Origin: the human T2T-CHM13v2.0 reference genome, Homo sapiens
NCBI RefSeq assembly: GCF_009914755.1
Contig: NC_060931.1
Length of the DNA: 64,000 bases
Reading direction: 5' to 3' (one strand)
Part shown: positions 62,460-64,000 of the stretch, piece after piece
Numbering within the stretch: position 1 is the stretch's first letter
Layout of the letters: every line of letters starts with the position of its first letter
The notes under the pieces: generated by a model
Seen by the model: only the letters and a program-made list of their open reading frames with translations
The model's database searches: none
What the model was told of the DNA's origin: nothing
Position numbers and translations under genes: made by a program

Positions 62460-63810
62460 TGTTTTTCTTGTGCAATAAAATACATAGAGTAAAATTCTAT
62501 GCAGGTGGGTAAATAATACCAGGTTTCTTTCCTTTTGAATTTGAAATAGGTATTGGCATTTCTTATTCAATTTATTGACACCGCTATATTTCAGGTGTTG
62601 TGCTTAGGTTGGAACACAAACATGGGTGCTGGCTAGAGGAGAGGTATTTAAGGGGATGCAGTGAAGTATGAGAGTCCGGCCTAGCTCGTGCAGGTGTCAG
62701 GTCACCTGTTGGAGGTTTCTGTTCATTGTTCTGGGCTCCAGACCTACCTGTGTCTTGTTTCCAGGTCAGGTACCTCAGATTCATAATTTTACCTTCCCTT
62801 GGAATCAGTTTAAACTTTCATGTTGATGTCTTTTTTTTCTCTCTACCTGAATAAATGTTCATGAACTTTGACGTTTCTATTTGTCTTCCTGTACATTGCT
62901 GTGGCCTGAATCAGTTTGTTCTGTTCCTTAGCCTGTTTTTTCCAGTCTTCTTTTCCCCCACTAGCACCGTAAGAATCTCATTCATATTTGAGAATGAGAT
63001 TGGTTGATTTGAGAATCATTCATTCATATTTGAGAATGAGAATGAGATTGGTCTTGGTTGCTCTCAGTAAGTCATAACATAAGCACATTCAGAATTCACA
63101 TTTAATTGTCTATTTTGACGTTTAGTGATAAGGTTCGTGATTGCTGGGGGTCGGGGCACTTTTTCACCCGAGTCAATCTGCTGAGCCCTTGGAGCCTGCG
63201 GCTGTGCTTTGCAGGGACACCGTGCCAGGACACGCTGGTCCCTGCTGCAGCTCTGCACCTGCCAGTTGAGCAGTCCCGTCTTGGCTGCCGCCACCACTCT
63301 TTTCAGGTCCACACTCTGACCATCGCCTTCCCTTCCATAGGAGCTGCACTGCAGGGGGGTGCTCAGGTGGCAGCCTTCCTGCTTCGCCTGCTCACTGCAA
63401 AATTCTCTCCTTTATAGAAAACCAAAATTTCAAAGAACAGCAGATCACACAGAAGGAATAACAAATTGTCTTCAAAGTAGATTAATGATGATCCATGTCT
63501 GTTTTAGAATAACCATCCATCCCAACAGATGTGTTTGGACACTTTTCATCTTGCACTCTTAATTTAGGAGTCTTACATTAATCTGATTCTGCTCACCTAA
63601 TGAGCATGGCTTACATCAAATGAACCTAAACATAGAAAGTTTTCATATTTTTCAGATGTAATCTATCCTTCTCGTGTGTGTGTGTGTATATATATGTTTA
63701 TCCATACTTTTAGCATAAGTCTGTAAAAGGACATACTGGTTCACAGAAGAAATGCAAATAGTAAGCATATGGAAAAATGTTCAACCTTATAACTGTTAAA
63801 TGAAGAATTA

Positions 63811-64000
63811 GGCCAGCCATGCTCACGCCTTTAATTCCCGGAATTTGGGAGGCCAGGGCAGGTGGATCACTTGAGCTCAGGAGTTTGAGACCAGTCTGGG
63901 CAACATAGCAAAACCTTGTCTTTAAAAAAAAAAAAAAAAAGCCAGGTGTGGTAGTGCATGCCTGTAGTCCCAACTACTCAGGAGGCTGAGGCAGGAGAAA
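63811..64000 (+). mobile_element. Alu cut by window end
   Basis: Left arm, A linker, start of right arm. Confidence 0.9.

Overview
Primate (human-like) genomic DNA covering the 5' end of CUL1 (cullin-1, scaffold of SCF E3 ubiquitin ligases) on the + strand. About 26 kb of repeat-rich upstream sequence includes a near full-length ancient L1 (L1MA-type, ~2.4-11.8 kb) carrying five nested Alus. It is followed by a CpG-island promoter (~26.0-27.8 kb), a non-coding first exon ending at 26925, a 31-kb U2-type intron 1, and exon 2 (57883-58183) with the start codon and codons 1-47 ([14 protein letters not shown]...). The start of intron 2 follows, and its donor GTATCCT is a minor-spliceosome (U12) signature. 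No other protein-coding gene is supported; nearly all ORFs in the supplied track are Alu, L1 or GC-content artefacts. I found no convincing wholly new gene system. The best candidates for under-described biology are regulatory: (i) four uORFs in the CUL1 5'UTR arranged as two stop/start-overlapping pairs, one created only by exon1-exon2 splicing; (ii) a U2-acceptor/U12-donor start-codon exon with an immediate intronic stop; (iii) candidate decoy exons with perfect U12 donors in intron 1; (iv) several templated-insertion repair scars; (v) a long Z-DNA-prone tract and G4 motifs. Repeat boundaries and subfamily names were assigned by eye and are approximate.
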